64,000 bases of DNA from Eledone cirrhosa (taxonomy: Eukaryota). The notes beneath the pieces were generated by a model. That model saw only the letters and a program-made list of their open reading frames with translations. It had not been told where the DNA came from and made no database searches. The position numbers were made by a program, and so were the translations under genes. Shown here one piece after another: positions 47,686 through 62,099 of this stretch (position 1 is the first letter of the stretch; each line of letters opens with the position of its first letter). The stretch lies in contig OZ024740.1 in the NCBI GenBank assembly GCA_964016885.1, forward strand, positions 332,692,001 to 332,756,000, read 5' to 3'.

Positions 47686-47824
47686 TTAGAATTGGTGCTC
47701 TGAAATAGCGATGTATATATGAATGTACATATAGTGTATTTGGAATGTATATATATTGTATTTGAAATAAGAAGTAAGTGACACAGTCACTACTTTAAAA
47801 CAATAGCGTAAGGTCTTCAAAATG
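47686..47824. repeat. Diverged relative of the 311-bp unit in (TA)n
   Basis: TGCTCTGAAATAGCGAT and an inverted AGGTCTTCAAAATG are shared with the array unit. Confidence 0.7.
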
Positions 47825-47923
47825 ATATATATATATATATATATATATTCATATGTATATATATATATATATGAATATATATATATATGAATATATATAT
47901 ATATACATATATATATGAATATA

Positions 47924-48015
<92 letters not shown>

Positions 48016-48049
48016 TATATATATTCATATATATATATATATATATATT

Positions 48050-48083
<34 letters not shown>

Positions 48084-48098
48084 TTAGAAACACACAGA

Positions 48099-48133
<35 letters not shown>

Positions 48134-48556
48134 ATACATTAACGGAGCCGTAGACTCTCGTCATTCCCTGTGAATAATGTGCTCAAAGGAGAGGAAATCT
48201 CGAGCTCTTTAAAATACAATATGTTGAAAAGGTAACACACTAGAGACAGATACAGTGCGCTATCAATAAAACAGGAAAAAAACCACCAGTGTATGGAATC
48301 TATAACCTATGAAAAAAATATAAATTAAAGCGTAAATAAATACCTCTATAACTATATAACACACGTACAAATCCAAAGTGATCTATTCGCCAGTAAGTTG
48401 TTGACAGAAATGAAATAACCCTGGTTCATCAGCGTGTGTAAGGCTATTTTACATTCCAGACAACACTAAGAGAATTTTTAAACGTGGAGAGAGAGGTCAC
48501 AGTGTCAACAAATTACTGGCGAAACAGATCACTTTGGATTTGTACGTGTGTTATAT

Positions 48557-48622
<66 letters not shown>

Positions 48623-49546
48623 ATATATATATTCGTATATATATATATATTCATCTATATATATATATATATTTCGTTTCTAAATTTGTTTAGCAAGATT
48701 CTTTATCTGAAAACGTGTGTTGAAACCGATATTGTTATACTTTGGGAGGGTCATGTTGCCAATAAGAAACACACGCACCAGTTGCTTCCATTTCAATTTA
48801 ATATAAATTAAATTTATAAATTAAATTTATAAATTTAGGAATTTATAAATTTCCGGTTGGTTGGTTGGTTCCATAACCAGACGATTGTTCATATATTATA
48901 AAAGTTCTTTCGTCACACATTCTGTGACCTCTTCAGTGACTGGGGATTCTTTTCTTTGTTTTTGTGCCTCTCCTTTGTTCTGTCCTACGCCATCTTGTTT
49001 TTGTGTGTGTTGTGTGCTTAGTTTGCGCATGTGTTACATCCGGGTGACTGTGTGTTTATATTTGTTTATTTATTTGTTTATTTACATGTTACTGGATGGT
49101 TGTTTGTTCTATGTGTGTGTGTGTTTTCATTATGTCCTTAATTGTAAGTTGTGATGTTGCTATTCCATTCATGCTTTCTATTTAATTTTGGTTAGAGTTC
49201 ATTTATGTTTATTGCCTTTGTGATTTGTCTAAACATTGCGTCTTTTTTTTTTGTTTCTTTTTTAAAAGACGCAATGTTAACCTCGGCGGGATTTGAATAT
49301 ATATATTAATGATATAATTTAATCAACCGACAGCTAATTTTCAGTTTACCAAGACAGTGTATATACAAACATTACTTTCTTTGTAAATTCACAATATCAA
49401 TTGTATCAATTAAAGAGATGTAGAGGTTAATGAAATGAATACATCGTAAAATCGCTTTCCCTAAACATCATATATCAAAAGACTTATTTTTCTTTGACAA
49501 ATAAATATTATCCTTTAACAGATTTGCGTATATAACTGTGAGTGTG

Positions 49547-49609
<63 letters not shown>

Positions 49610-49611
<2 letters not shown>

Positions 49612-49806
49612 CGAAGGAAATGTGGTAAGGAACCAGGTGGACCATAACGCACCAAAGTACTCAATACTTAGGGTAGTAGAGTGGGTAATAGGAACAAGTA
49701 AGGCCCCGACAGCTGAGCTCAAGCTGTTTCGACGGCTAATTCTGGACTAATCCAGAATTAGCCGTCGAAACGGCTTGAGCTCAGCCGTCGGGGTCTTATT
49801 TGTTCC

Positions 49807-49808
<2 letters not shown>
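49610..49808. mobile_element. Fold-back mini-element with the 3' half of a hammerhead (family G)
   Basis: Arms 49688-49746/49751-49808. GAAACGGC-TTGAGCTCA-GCCGTC in one arm and GAAACAGC-TTGAGCTCA-GCTGTC in the other. (TA)n on both sides. Confidence 0.72.
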
Positions 49809-49843
<35 letters not shown>

Positions 49844-50469
49844 ATATAAATATATATATATATATATACACATACACACAGCTGTGTGTATGTATATATA
49901 TGTATATATACCTTTATTTGTATTAAATTAATTATAAATAGACACAAAGTCCCGTACATATGTACGCTTGTTGGGATAGAGTTATGTATGTCTGTGTGTA
50001 TGTATGGACAGACATCTGCATCAATGCATGTATATTAGTATCCGCGTATTTGAGTGTATGAGTAAATCTCTTGATTAAATTATTTTTTGGGCAACTGTGT
50101 GCGTCATTCTGTGACAACATGAACAATAAATCAAGATTGTTCTATGAGGATTTTCTACTGTATTCAAGATGAAATAACTGAAACTTCAAATATTTATCAA
50201 AACAGCAATAATAAATGTATAGTGTTCAACGACGTCTTGTTTTCTAGATAAAAGAATAAACATGAAAAAGAGTCGTTATTTCTTTATCAGCTTCAATTAT
50301 TTTACACTGTTTCGTGAAGTCATATCAGCAAGACAAATATTCAATATGCTTCTGTTCTCCTCAGACACAGCAATGTTATATAGAAGTGATTGTTATTGCC
50401 AGACACGTCTGAATTCGTATAAAAAACAACTGAATGATGAATATACACGCACATAGACTCTGTTAAGAT

Positions 50470-50633
<164 letters not shown>

Positions 50634-50849
50634 TGTGTGTGTGTGTGCGTGCGTGTGTATATATACATACACACATGAGTATGTGCGTATGGGAATTGTA
50701 TTAATGTTATTCTTATCATTGTTATAAATATATTTTCTTATTATTTATTGCTCTTATCATCTTATCATCATCATCATTTCTATGTGTTTTTCCGAATGTT
50801 TACTCACTAGATCAGAAATCCATCTATAATTATATTTCCTATTGAAAAC

Positions 50850-52550
50850 AAAATACAAACTACGTGAGAAAATTATGTATTATTTGGTAGTTAAGTTACC
50901 TTAGTCTATTATCAAAATCGTTTTCCACCGACTCTCGCTTGCTTTGAAATTGATGTCAACTTTTTAATTCTTATATAGGTACAACGCTCGAATATTTGAT
51001 AGAGGGAACATGAGAATTTAGTGACGCTAGGACTTGAAAGTAACATACTTTCATCCATATTTGAAATATGAAAAGCAATGCTGATCTCGATTGGTTACGA
51101 AATCGTAGCGTTACCGATTAGTTGGATTGAAACTATGATCATATGACTGTGAAATAAAGTGCTTTACCATTCTCGCATGCTGATTTCATATAAGACGCAT
51201 GAGTATGGAAAAATGCGAATATCTGTGTAAATGCAGAGAGGAGGATAATCCATCTAAATAACATTGAAACCTTGCAGTTATTGATATCAGCATAGTAACA
51301 TTCTAGAATCAAAGCAGTTATAATTCAATTCTGAAGTCTCCATGCTAAATCCTTAGAAGGATTCCAACTTATAAGATCTATAATTTATGCATGACATATG
51401 TGAACAATTCTACAACAGATGAAACTAAGATCATAATTATTTCAGTTGCCATGTATTTAGTGCATATTTATTATCTTCGTCTTCATTATATAATAACTTC
51501 CAAAGTTTGTAGTTTCAATTAAAAAAAAAATTGTTTCAAATATGCTGAATTACCTGTACCCTGGATTTAGTAACAACTGTGAATTAAAGGCATTTTAACA
51601 TTTAGTTTTAGCACTTCATATTATGAATTCAAATTCTATGGAAGTAGTAATAGATACAAAAGTGGGAGGAAAATATATTTGGGTAGAATTAAACGAATTT
51701 GTCACGCTTCTTCAAGCAAGGGAATACGGCTCATAATCACGAACGAAATTCTTAGTGATGCTTGCAGGTTAAGTGCAGATTTAGGTGTTAATATTCGGAA
51801 GAGCAATATTCCTGTCAGATGCAATGGTTGCAGATGTTCGTAGATTTAGAATTCTCAGTTACGCAAAATTATGTCTCATATACAATAATTAAGATAAGAA
51901 ATATATCTGTAATTGACTGATTATTTCAGAGTTAATATAATTTTTAAGAGTCGAATAAAGTAAGTACAAGAGACTTTACTTCTAAATGGATAAAAGATTA
52001 CAAATCATCTCTTCAGGTCAGGTGTAACTGACATATTAGCACTCATTACTCTTGTCTACACAGATGTATCTCACTGATTAGAACCATTTATGAATTCATT
52101 TAGGAGGCATAAGCATAGACATTATGGAATATTGAATTTGTTCCGCTGCTCGGGATTCGTTGTATGATAACTTATTACAAAAGTTCCTTCCAATGAATAT
52201 CAATATAGATATTGTTTGCAACAATGTCTATAATAACTGAAATATATTTCAGTAAGATCAATATACATCCAGCTGCTCAGAGAAATATAATGTGTTGTGT
52301 TCTCTATGAAGAAGAAGATTTGGTTTTAAATGATTTTCCATTATAATTTTTTCATTCCAGATGAAACACATCTGTATTACACATCTTGGAATAATAATTT
52401 TCGACTTGACGTGGCAGTTCTGTCTTATTTTGGACTAATTATCTGTTTTAAATTTATTGACTAAAAAGTGTAAAAATATTGTAATATCAAGGAACATTTT
52501 ATGTTCTTGATATTGAATTTATTTCACATCGTATTCATAAATTCTATACA
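50850..52550 (+). pseudogene. LRR gene relic
   Basis: NLAVIDIS..NISRIK (~51268), LNYL..TLD(fs)SNN (~51545) and DLEFSVTQNYVS (~51843) are LRR-like fragments with many stops. Confidence 0.35.
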
Positions 52551-52639
52551 TATATTCTGAGTGTGTACTACATTAAATCTAAACCTGTTATATTATACAT
52601 ACGCATGCAAACACGCAAATCTCTCTCTCTCTCTCTCTC

Positions 52640-52719
<80 letters not shown>

Positions 52720-52789
52720 AACTTGGAACAAAATACACTGCTAAGATAAAAGCTAGACGTATGAATATCTGGGATGTATAAGAAAAGCT

Positions 52790-53700
52790 GTTAGGTTAGG
52801 ATTCGAGAAAATGATCCAAACTCTCATGTGGGTTGAGATCCTGGCATTCCCTCTGTATCTGTCCTGCAGTCTTCTCTGGTGAGCTACTCATGCATGTTGT
52901 TAATGCCCACAGTTTCTATTATTGCATGACTGCAATGAATCAGTCGACACCTCCGTGTAGCCGGTTCATAGACATCCACTCCCTCCAAGAGAGTTTAGCG
53001 CCTAGTTGGTGGGTTTTATTGGAGTTGGCATTCATTTTGACCAGTCGAGATATCTGTTCCCATATACCTTTCGTGTATCGCAACTTCGCTGCGTCACGAG
53101 AGAATAGGCGGCTTGACACCGAGTTGTGTTGGTCTATTAGTTGTAAATCCTCAGACATATTATGGAGCGCATGATCTGTGTCTATTAAGGCAGTGGTTAT
53201 AAATGTTCTGTGTAATAGTAACTACAAAGTGTTTCAGGAGCAATGCTTGAAATTAGAAGTAGATATTCAGTTGGTGTAGGATGGAGACATCAAATAATGA
53301 GCCTTAAGGTGTTGTTCAGAGGAATATCTAGCTTCTTATTACGACATTAGACATTACCCAACTGGCAAAATATTTAAAGACCTTGAGTTTGAAGCTGACT
53401 AGAGCAACAATGACTGCAACAGCATATTGCTGCAACTCACAATGTTGTCTAGCATATTTAGATGAAACCTGACTAGGGTGTAGGAAAGTAGAAGCTCGTC
53501 CTTCCTTGTATCTGGGGCATAAATTTGTTGGAGTCAAGGATCTTGAGGTTTCCAGTGGTAAATTATTTGACTGAGAATTCCTCGGGCTTACTCAGTGACA
53601 GCAGGAAGTGCCAAAGCACTTCAGGCTGCCAATTCCATTTTGTTTTGCGGATGTTGTCTGTCTTTATCTTTTCTGTAGTTCCTTGGCGTACATCTCGTTA
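52790..53700 (-). mobile_element. Degenerate LINE 3' fragment (RTEX-like)
   Basis: ORF 52940-53158 SRLFSR..W..GAKLSWREWMSMNRLHGGV resembles the RTEX C-terminal W..LNRLRTGVG region. Confidence 0.5.
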
Positions 53701-54019
53701 TTTATAGGTTTCATTGTGCGTAAGAGAAACAGTTAAGAATGATATATTAGAAGAGAGAGGGAGAGAGAGAGAGAGCATTAGAGTTTAGAAGAAGAAACTG
53801 AACGTTGAATTGGACGATACAATTAGAAAAGAGAGGAGGAAGGAAATAAGGTGCAGAAAGAAACACAGTGAGAGGAAGTGGAGAAATAAAGGATGGCCGA
53901 GGGGAGAAACGATGAATAACTACTATAGGAAACGGAGAAGACAAGAAAAGAGAAGATAAAGAAGATTACAATGTAAACGTGACCGAAGAGGATAATGGAG
54001 GGTATGAAATCAGATGAGT

Positions 54020-54194
54020 GAGGAGGAGGAGGAGGAGGAGGAGGAGGAGGAGGAGGAGAAGAAGAAGAAGAAGAAGAAGAAGAAGAAGAAGAAGAAGAAG
54101 AAGAAGAAGAAGAAGAAGAAGAAGAAGAAGAAGAAGAAGAAGAAGAAGAAGAAGAAGAAGAATGAGGAGGAGAAGAGGGAAGAGAAGAAGAAGA

Positions 54195-54237
<43 letters not shown>

Positions 54238-54287
54238 GGAGGAGGAGGAGGAGGAGGAGGAGGACGAGGAGGAGGAGGAGGAGGAGG
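54020..54287. repeat. Compound trinucleotide microsatellite (GAG)n(AAG)n(GAT)n(GAG)n
   Basis: Directly visible. Confidence 0.95.
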
Positions 54288-55424
54288 GGAAGGTCGTAGA
54301 TAGAAGCCAGCTAGCCTAACTAGTTCAGATTCTGTTTATATTTTCGGAGACATAGACTTTTACGTTATTGCCCTTCATTAAATACTTTCATCTCTATGTG
54401 GTAATCCGTTCAAGCATAAGGAGTCAGAAATTTCTTTCAACTTAACCCTGTCATAGTATTACAGAATGTCCATACTAAAATATTTATATATATATAATTA
54501 CCAACTTCTATCTTGAGAGTGGACGGAGATTATATTTTCCACATGGTTTATGTCTTGCTTACAGCTTCGAGTTCTTTGTTGTCAAAAGATCGACAGAAGA
54601 TTGTTGTACTCAAATTATGTTTTTGAAATGTTAGTATTTATAATTATGCGTGTAAAACTACAGATTAAATCGGTGTATTTGCAGTATTTGAACGTGAAGG
54701 CCGCTACACAGACAATCTAAACAAGTTGCCATGATGCACACACACACACACATACACACACACGCATATACACATACATATACACACACATAACATATAA
54801 ATATATATATATAATATTAAGGATACTATTTATGGTTATGTATATACTAAAACCTTTTATAATTATGTATATTTTAAACCCTAAACAGTGAAGGTCAGTA
54901 ATTTATTACTAAAATAATTTAATTTAATGCATCAAACATCCAATACGGAATCATCGTTACTTATGTGATGGATGTAAAAACTAATATTTCTTTTCCTCAA
55001 TGTGAAAATGGTGGTGGATACGAAAACCATAACTTTCTTTTGCTTCTCCTATTTATTTTTATTTTTCTGCACACATACTTTTTTATTATATACAAAAAAT
55101 ACCTTACCACTACAACCACCATAATACTCTTACATACCCGATTAAAGTGCTTGTATTACATGTAACACCCTGTCACACAATAATCATATATAATTGAGAC
55201 ACACTTGCATGCCCCACGTGTAACTAACGCATACACTAACTACTACGTCTGACTAACAAACTATCCTCTTGCATTATCTGTGTTAACTGCCGAATGTATT
55301 TTAATTTTGTTTTAATTTTGTTTTAATTTTAATTTAGATTTTGATTTTGAATTTGAATTGCTATACAGAAATAATATAGTATAATATATGTCACTCCACT
55401 GTACATCAATATATATATATATAT

Positions 55425-55575
55425 ATGTATCTGTATGTCTCTTGCGTTGGAAAGGAGGACAATTATGTGTACAAACATTGAAAAAAGGTTCGAAGACTCC
55501 AAGCCTAGGTTTGGATGAAACAATTGTAAGTGAATAAATGCTTTGAACATAGCTTTGATTCTTGTGAATTCTACA
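55425..55575 (+). repeat. Diverged family D copy
   Basis: ATGTATCTGTATGTCTCTTG..CGAAGA cTCCAAGCC-TA-GGTTTGGAt GAA ACAATTGT A..CTTTGATTCTT, similar to 45183-45335. Confidence 0.72.
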
Positions 55576-55597
55576 TATATATATATATATATATATA

Positions 55598-57288
55598 TAA
55601 GTATGTACATGTACATATATATATGTATATAGACGTACAGTAGTATGTATATATATATATATACATACATGCACACACATATATATATGTACGTATGGAT
55701 TCACCGGACATTTATTATAATGCTCGGTGTGTTCGTAAAGAAACATCCCGTATTAAGCCGTAGTGTCCAGCAACCATCGTTGCCCGTTTGTTCAACACTG
55801 ACAAAGGAACGCTGTACTAGTTTCAAGCTTATTATCTATCGTCAGCAACGTATACCTTCTTGTCAGATTGTTGAACGTATATACTTACCTTATGCATATT
55901 AACGGCTGAGTAGCCCAATTTGCATATCGAGTGGGTTAATCGACCGGGTGCACCGAAAACGATAAACGGAAAAATTGAAACGAAATTTCATTTCCCACTC
56001 GTAGTACGGCTGTTACTTAAATATAAGTCTGTACACGTACATACATATATGTATACAGACGTACAGTAGTATGTATATATATATATATACATACATGCAC
56101 ATATATATATATATATATGTACGTATGGATTCACCGAACATTTATTATAATGCTCGGTGTGTTTGTAAACAAACATCCCGTATTAAGCCGTAGTGTCCAG
56201 CAACCGTCGTTGCTCGTTTGTTCAACACTGACAAAGGAACGCTGTACTAGTTTCACTCTTATTAGCTATCGTCAGCAACGTATACCTTCTTGCCAGATTG
56301 TTGAACGTATATACTTACCTCATGCATATTAACGGCTGAGTAGCCTAATTTGCATAACGAGTGGGTTAATCGGCCGGGTACACAGAAATACTTATATTTA
56401 AGTAACAGCCGTTCTAAGAGTGGGAAATAAAATTTCGTTTCATTTTTTCCGTTTATCGTTTTTGGTGCAGCCGGCCGATTAACCCACTCGATACGCAAAT
56501 TGGGCTACTCAACCGTTAATATGCATAAGGTAAGTATATACGTTCAACAATCTGGCAAGAAGGTATATGTTGCTGACGATAGCTACTAAGCTTGAAAGTA
56601 GTAAAGCGTTCCTTTGTCAGTGTTGAACAAACGAGCAACGATGGTTGCTGGACACTACGGCTTAATACGGGATGTTTGTTTACAAACACACCGAGCATTA
56701 TAATAAATGTTCGGTGAATCCAACGTACATATACATATGTGTCCATGTATGTATATATATATACATACTACTGTACGTCTGTATACATATATGTATGTAC
56801 GTGTACATACTTATATTTAAGTAACAGCCGTACGAAGTGTGGGAAATGAAATTTCGTTTCATTTTTTTTTCGTTTATGGTTTTCGGTGCACCCAGCCGAT
56901 TAACCCACTCGATATGCAAATTGGGCTACTCAGCCATTAATATGCATAAGGTAAGTATATACGTTCAACAATCTGGCAAGAAAGTATACGTTACTGACGA
57001 TAGCTAATAAGCTTGAAACTAGTACAGCGTTCCTTTGTCAATGATGGTTGCTGGACACTACGGCTTAATACGGCTTAATACGGGATGTTTGTTTACAAAC
57101 ACTACGAGCATTATAATAAATGTTCGGTGAATCCATACGTACATATATATATATATGTGTGCATGTATGTATATATATAGAGATACTACTGTACGTCTGT
57201 ATACATATATGTATGTACGTGTACATACTTATATTTAAGTAACAGCCGTACCAAGTGTGAGAAATGAAATTTCGTTTCATTTTTTCCC
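55598..57288. repeat. About 425-bp unit array: about 2 units plus about 2.2 inverted units, each with a type I HHR (family H)
   Basis: The orientation switches at about 56386. HHRs at 55810-55850(-), 56240-56280(-), 56569-56608(+) and 56989-57029(+). Consensus CGTTG CTGACGA tAGCT-AATA-AGCTt GAA ACTAGT A CAGCG. Confidence 0.88.
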
Positions 57289-57293
57289 TATAG

Positions 57294-57344
<51 letters not shown>

Positions 57345-57345
<1 letters not shown>

Positions 57346-59440
57346 TTAGGGTAAATATTGATGCAATTCAAGTCAAGCACTCAACGTATGTATTCCACAT
57401 AGGAGTGACGGAGTAAATATCGAATAAGGAAAGCGAAGTAGTTTCAGATGTTCAAGTCTTTTAATAATAATTGTTTCTACTTTAGGCACAAGGCCAGCAA
57501 TTACCCAGAGTGCATTACTGGTACTTTATTTTATCGACCCCGTAACGATGAAAGGCAAAGTCAACGTCAGCGGGATTTGAACTCATATCGTAAAGGGACG
57601 TAACTATGCTGGAAAGCATGGCGTCCGACCCTCTACTGGTACTGCCAATCCACCAATGCTGTGATATATATTTCAATGGCGAGAGTAGCCACACTGTTCT
57701 GTGTGCCTGTGTCGCGACATCGCCATACAGCTTGTTATATAATAAGGTTATGTTTTCCAGGCAATCCGAATTGAATCGACATGGGAACGAACGAAGTGTG
57801 TACTTTTGGGTTCTTCATCCGTTTCCCTGTGAGTACCAAGTCACCCCACCGGTCTGCGCAGGCGCTGGTCCAGAGGAAGTTGACCATTAGCTACCGCAGA
57901 TTTCAACGAAATTCGCTTAGTCAGTTCCCCCTCTCAGTCAAACAATGACCCACTTAGGCCTGTACCATAGTTTACTGCTACCCGTCCCGTCTGTGGCAGT
58001 CAGCCGAAAGCCAGAGGGGATGGGAGAGTGTTAGTATTTACAGGTCCCAATTCTACCTCTCACCAAGATGGACAGTACAACTGACCATCAACTCCTAAGA
58101 GAAAATATACTTAATTCTAGGTATCATGGTTTTACATTGGAAGTTATGAGTGAGTGTTGGAAATAAAAATTAAAATTTAAAATCGAAAATCCTAAATCAA
58201 ATATCAGAAATTATAAATTAAAAAATTAAAAAATTAAAAAATTAACAATTAGAAATTAAAAAATGTTTCAAGTGAGAATCCGGATTGAGGTGAATAAAAG
58301 AAATATACATGTAAATACGCGGAAACGAAAACAAAGATAAACCCCTTTTTTCCTGCACCAAATCGCATTTGAACAGAAGCCCCCTCAATTCAATCTATAC
58401 ATGGACAAATTGACAATCATATGGATCATTTTGCATATATGTACTCTATATGGTTTTGCATTTATTCATTATTGGTTCTTTTCTTTTGTGTACTTCATGT
58501 CTGTTTTTTTTTGGTTTTGTTCCATGTGATGGAAATTAAGGCTATGTACCTGATTGACTACTGCCCGATTGACTACTGCCTTTCATACGGTAATTTACCC
58601 TCCGATCTACTGTACGGTACTATCGTTCAGTATGTGGATAGTGTAACTGTGATATTAGTGCTCCTTTCAGAACTTCTTACTTAAACAATTCTCTGCATAT
58701 TATTTACTCACTTCAATCTATATATTTTTTATTCACCTCAATCCGGATTCTCACTTGAAAAATGTTTTAATTTCTAATTGTTAATTTTTTAATTTTTTAA
58801 TTTTTTAATTTTTTAATTTTTTAATTTATAATTTCTGATATTTGATTTAGGATTGTCGATTTTAAATTCTAATTTTTATTTCCAACTCTCACTCATAACT
58901 TCCAATGTGAAACCGTGATACCTAGAATTAAGTATATTTTCTCTTAGGGGTTGATGGTCAGTTGTACTGTCCGCGCTTGGTGAGAGGTATTATTGGGACC
59001 TGTAAATACTAACACTCTCCCATCCCCTCTGGCTTTCGACTGACTGCCACAGACGGGACGGGTAGCAGTAAACTATGGTACAGGCCTGAATGGGTCATGG
59101 TTTGGCTGAGAGGGGGAACTGACTAAGCGAATTTCGTTGAAATCTGCGGTAGCTAATGGTCAACTTCCTCTGGACCTGCGCCTGTGCAGACCGGTGGGGG
59201 TGAATTGGTACTCACAGGGGAACGGATGAAGAACCCAAAAGTACACACTTCGTTCGTTCCCATGTCGATTCAATTTGGATTGCCTGGAAAACATAACCTT
59301 ATTATGTAACAAGCTGTCTGACGATGTCGCGACACTGGCACACAGAACAGTGTGGCCACTGTCGCCATTGAAATATATATCACAGCATTATTATTAAAAG
59401 ACTTGAACATCTGAAACTACTTCGCTTTTCCTTATTCTAT
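57345..59440. mobile_element. About 2.1-kb fold-back element with about 700-bp arms and a terminal HHR (family I)
   Basis: Left arm 57423-58307 (interrupted by a SINE) is inverted at 58721-59438. HHR 59313-59386(+): GCTGT CTGACGA long stem II GAAA TATATA TC ACAGC. Confidence 0.85.
57466..57654 (-). mobile_element. SINE family 1 inserted in the left arm of the fold-back
   Basis: Full match to the consensus, and absent from the corresponding right-arm position (CAGCATTATTATTAAAAG, ~59383). Confidence 0.92.
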
Positions 59441-59497
59441 ATATGTAACTGTATCCATTCAAATCTTTCTATTTCTATATATATATATATATCTATA

Positions 59498-59553
<56 letters not shown>

Positions 59554-59694
59554 AGAGAAAGAGAGAAAGAGATATACTTGGGTCTTGCGTACACACATAC
59601 TTCGTGTGTATATGTATTTTACATTTAAAAATGTAAAATGTTTTGATTAGTTGTGGGCACAAACTTACAGTACTAACAGTTTACCCATACACAC

Positions 59695-59771
<77 letters not shown>

Positions 59772-59783
59772 CTCTCTCTCTCG

Positions 59784-59845
<62 letters not shown>

Positions 59846-59999
59846 ACTTTCTCTTTCTCTTACCCTTGGTCATTTCACTTAAACTTTCAAGGTTTCCATC
59901 CTAATCTCTCACAAACAGTGCATTCATTCAGATCGCTGCGGAATAAGAATCATATCTAGCATGAACCCAATATTTCAGGCTTCTTGTTAAAGGATATGC

Positions 60000-61614
60000 G
60001 TGACTGAGCATTCATTGAAATAGGGAACGCATATTAAAACACAATAATTGTACTGTAGCTATACAATAAAATCTAAACATAATATGATGTTATGTTATGT
60101 GCCGGGTATTGATCGGAATAACACTACAGATACGTGTATATATCGAATCGAATTGTCAATTAGAATAAATTACATGTATAGGAGATGTAATTCATATGTC
60201 ACGTGACCTGTATTGTAATTGTATATGTACCGCCATTTGTGAAATAGTACTATTTTGTGTTCTGGGTAGATTGCTTCATGGATCTTCAGAATATGCTTAA
60301 TGGTTTTATCACAATCTCTTCGTATCCAAGAGCAAACAAGCAGAATTACAACACATTTATTTGGAAACGAGCTGCATTCTGTAGTTAGAAATCGTATACA
60401 ATGCTTAGACTCTACCACTGTGAAGCTACATACTCTAACAGGCTGTTTAACTATGATCTTAAAAATATGCCTTATATCTAAACTACACCAGATACTATGA
60501 ATTTGCTTTTGTCGGTAACAGTTGCTGCCTATCTATACCTTTTCTGTGTGTCCTATGGAAACACATACCATTGAAAACTTAGTTTGACAACATCAGTACA
60601 TACAATATGGACGCATTTAATCATAAAGTGTTACCAATATTTAGGATGAAAGAACCAGCAGTATTTGCTGATGCATAAGAATACTGAAACATCCAAAATT
60701 CACATTCGTATCACGCACAGCAATACACCCATGCAGACCTATCAAGGCATGCTAGTTCAGAGAACAAATACGTTTTTAATAAGACAAAGAGTCTCGTAGT
60801 TTTGTGGCAAGGCGTTAAATTGTAATACTTAATCTACGTGAGTACACGCGTCACACATGAGTTGATTCGTTAATAAAATAAATAAAATGCCTACCACAAT
60901 GTCTCAGTAGAACTGAAAAAAGGCAGGTTTTATTGAATTAACTACATAAACAGAAAAAAAATGCATGCATCACAAACAACCACACTGATGTATTAAAATT
61001 TAGAATAGTTCATGCGAAGAGTAAATGCTGAATTTCATGATCAATTAATTCTGGCTTCTTCTGAATTTGCATTCATAAAATGTGTATTGTGATGTGGCAT
61101 TACTTGTTACTTTAAGGTTTAGATGATACAGAGAAAAAGGTGTTTCATTTCGAAACTAATGTTGTAATATGTACCACCACATGTTTAAACACACCAATCG
61201 TCAGTATAGGGATATTCAAAGTTAGATGGACATATTACATAGAGGTTTACGTCCTTTGACGTGTTTAGTTTTATCATAAATTTCAACTATGAAAATAATA
61301 TGAATACCTGAAAAATACCCGTGTTAATCTAATTCCGTGAATCCCTTCCCGACAAAATTCTTACACCAAATTAAATAATCAATAATAAATATTAAGCTAA
61401 CTGAAAAAATAGAGAAATGAAAAGAAACTGGCAGAAAAGAATGAGGAAAATATTTGTAATAGAGATGTTTAGATATTGGGATAGTTGATAAATGATAAAC
61501 ATTAAGAAAATATGAGGCAGAAAAAATAGATAAATGTGTTAGTTCGCAGTGAAACTTAATAAACGAAGCTAATTCAGCAGATGAAGAAAGAAAAAGAAAT
61601 ACGAAAATAAACAT
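60000..61614 (-). pseudogene. LRR gene relic (N-terminal part)
   Basis: Hydrophobic start MFIFVFLFLSSSAE (ORF 61324-61614), IPILTIGVFKHVVVHITTLVSK*N (~61213-61142) and LSN*VFNGM (~60590). Confidence 0.35.
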
Positions 61615-62099
61615 TCTGAAGAATATGTATTGAAAATATGTTTAAAAAGTCAATAAAAAACGTAAAAGAAAAGTGTATCATAAATATAAGTATGTAAAAA
61701 CCAAAATATATACGATTTATGAATATTGCAACAACAAAGAATTTTGTGAAAAACTCACAATGGATTATATAAAAAAGATATTAGAAAAGTATAAGAAATA
61801 TACATTATTTATGTTATTAAATTTCCCATAGTATAAAAATAGTGAAATACCCATAAAATATGGCAATTATTTGTTAACGTTTGCTGGTTTATGATGTTTT
61901 TGTTTTTCCACACACATTTCCTCTTACAGTTCTTTGTTTTCTTTCTTACGATTTTCTTGATGGTTTTCATTTATTTTACCTCAATGAGTGTAGTTCATTC
62001 ATATAGATACTTGTATATACTATAATGCATAAACCCATTATCAAGACAAACACAAACATGTACATGCATATAATTCCAAATATAATAATTGGCTTTTAA

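Noticed and set aside
48893-48945. Minus-strand CTGAAGA-GTCACA/TGTGAC-GAAA as a hammerhead
   Set aside because: Stem II is good, but there is no convincing stem I or stem III/cleavage triplet.
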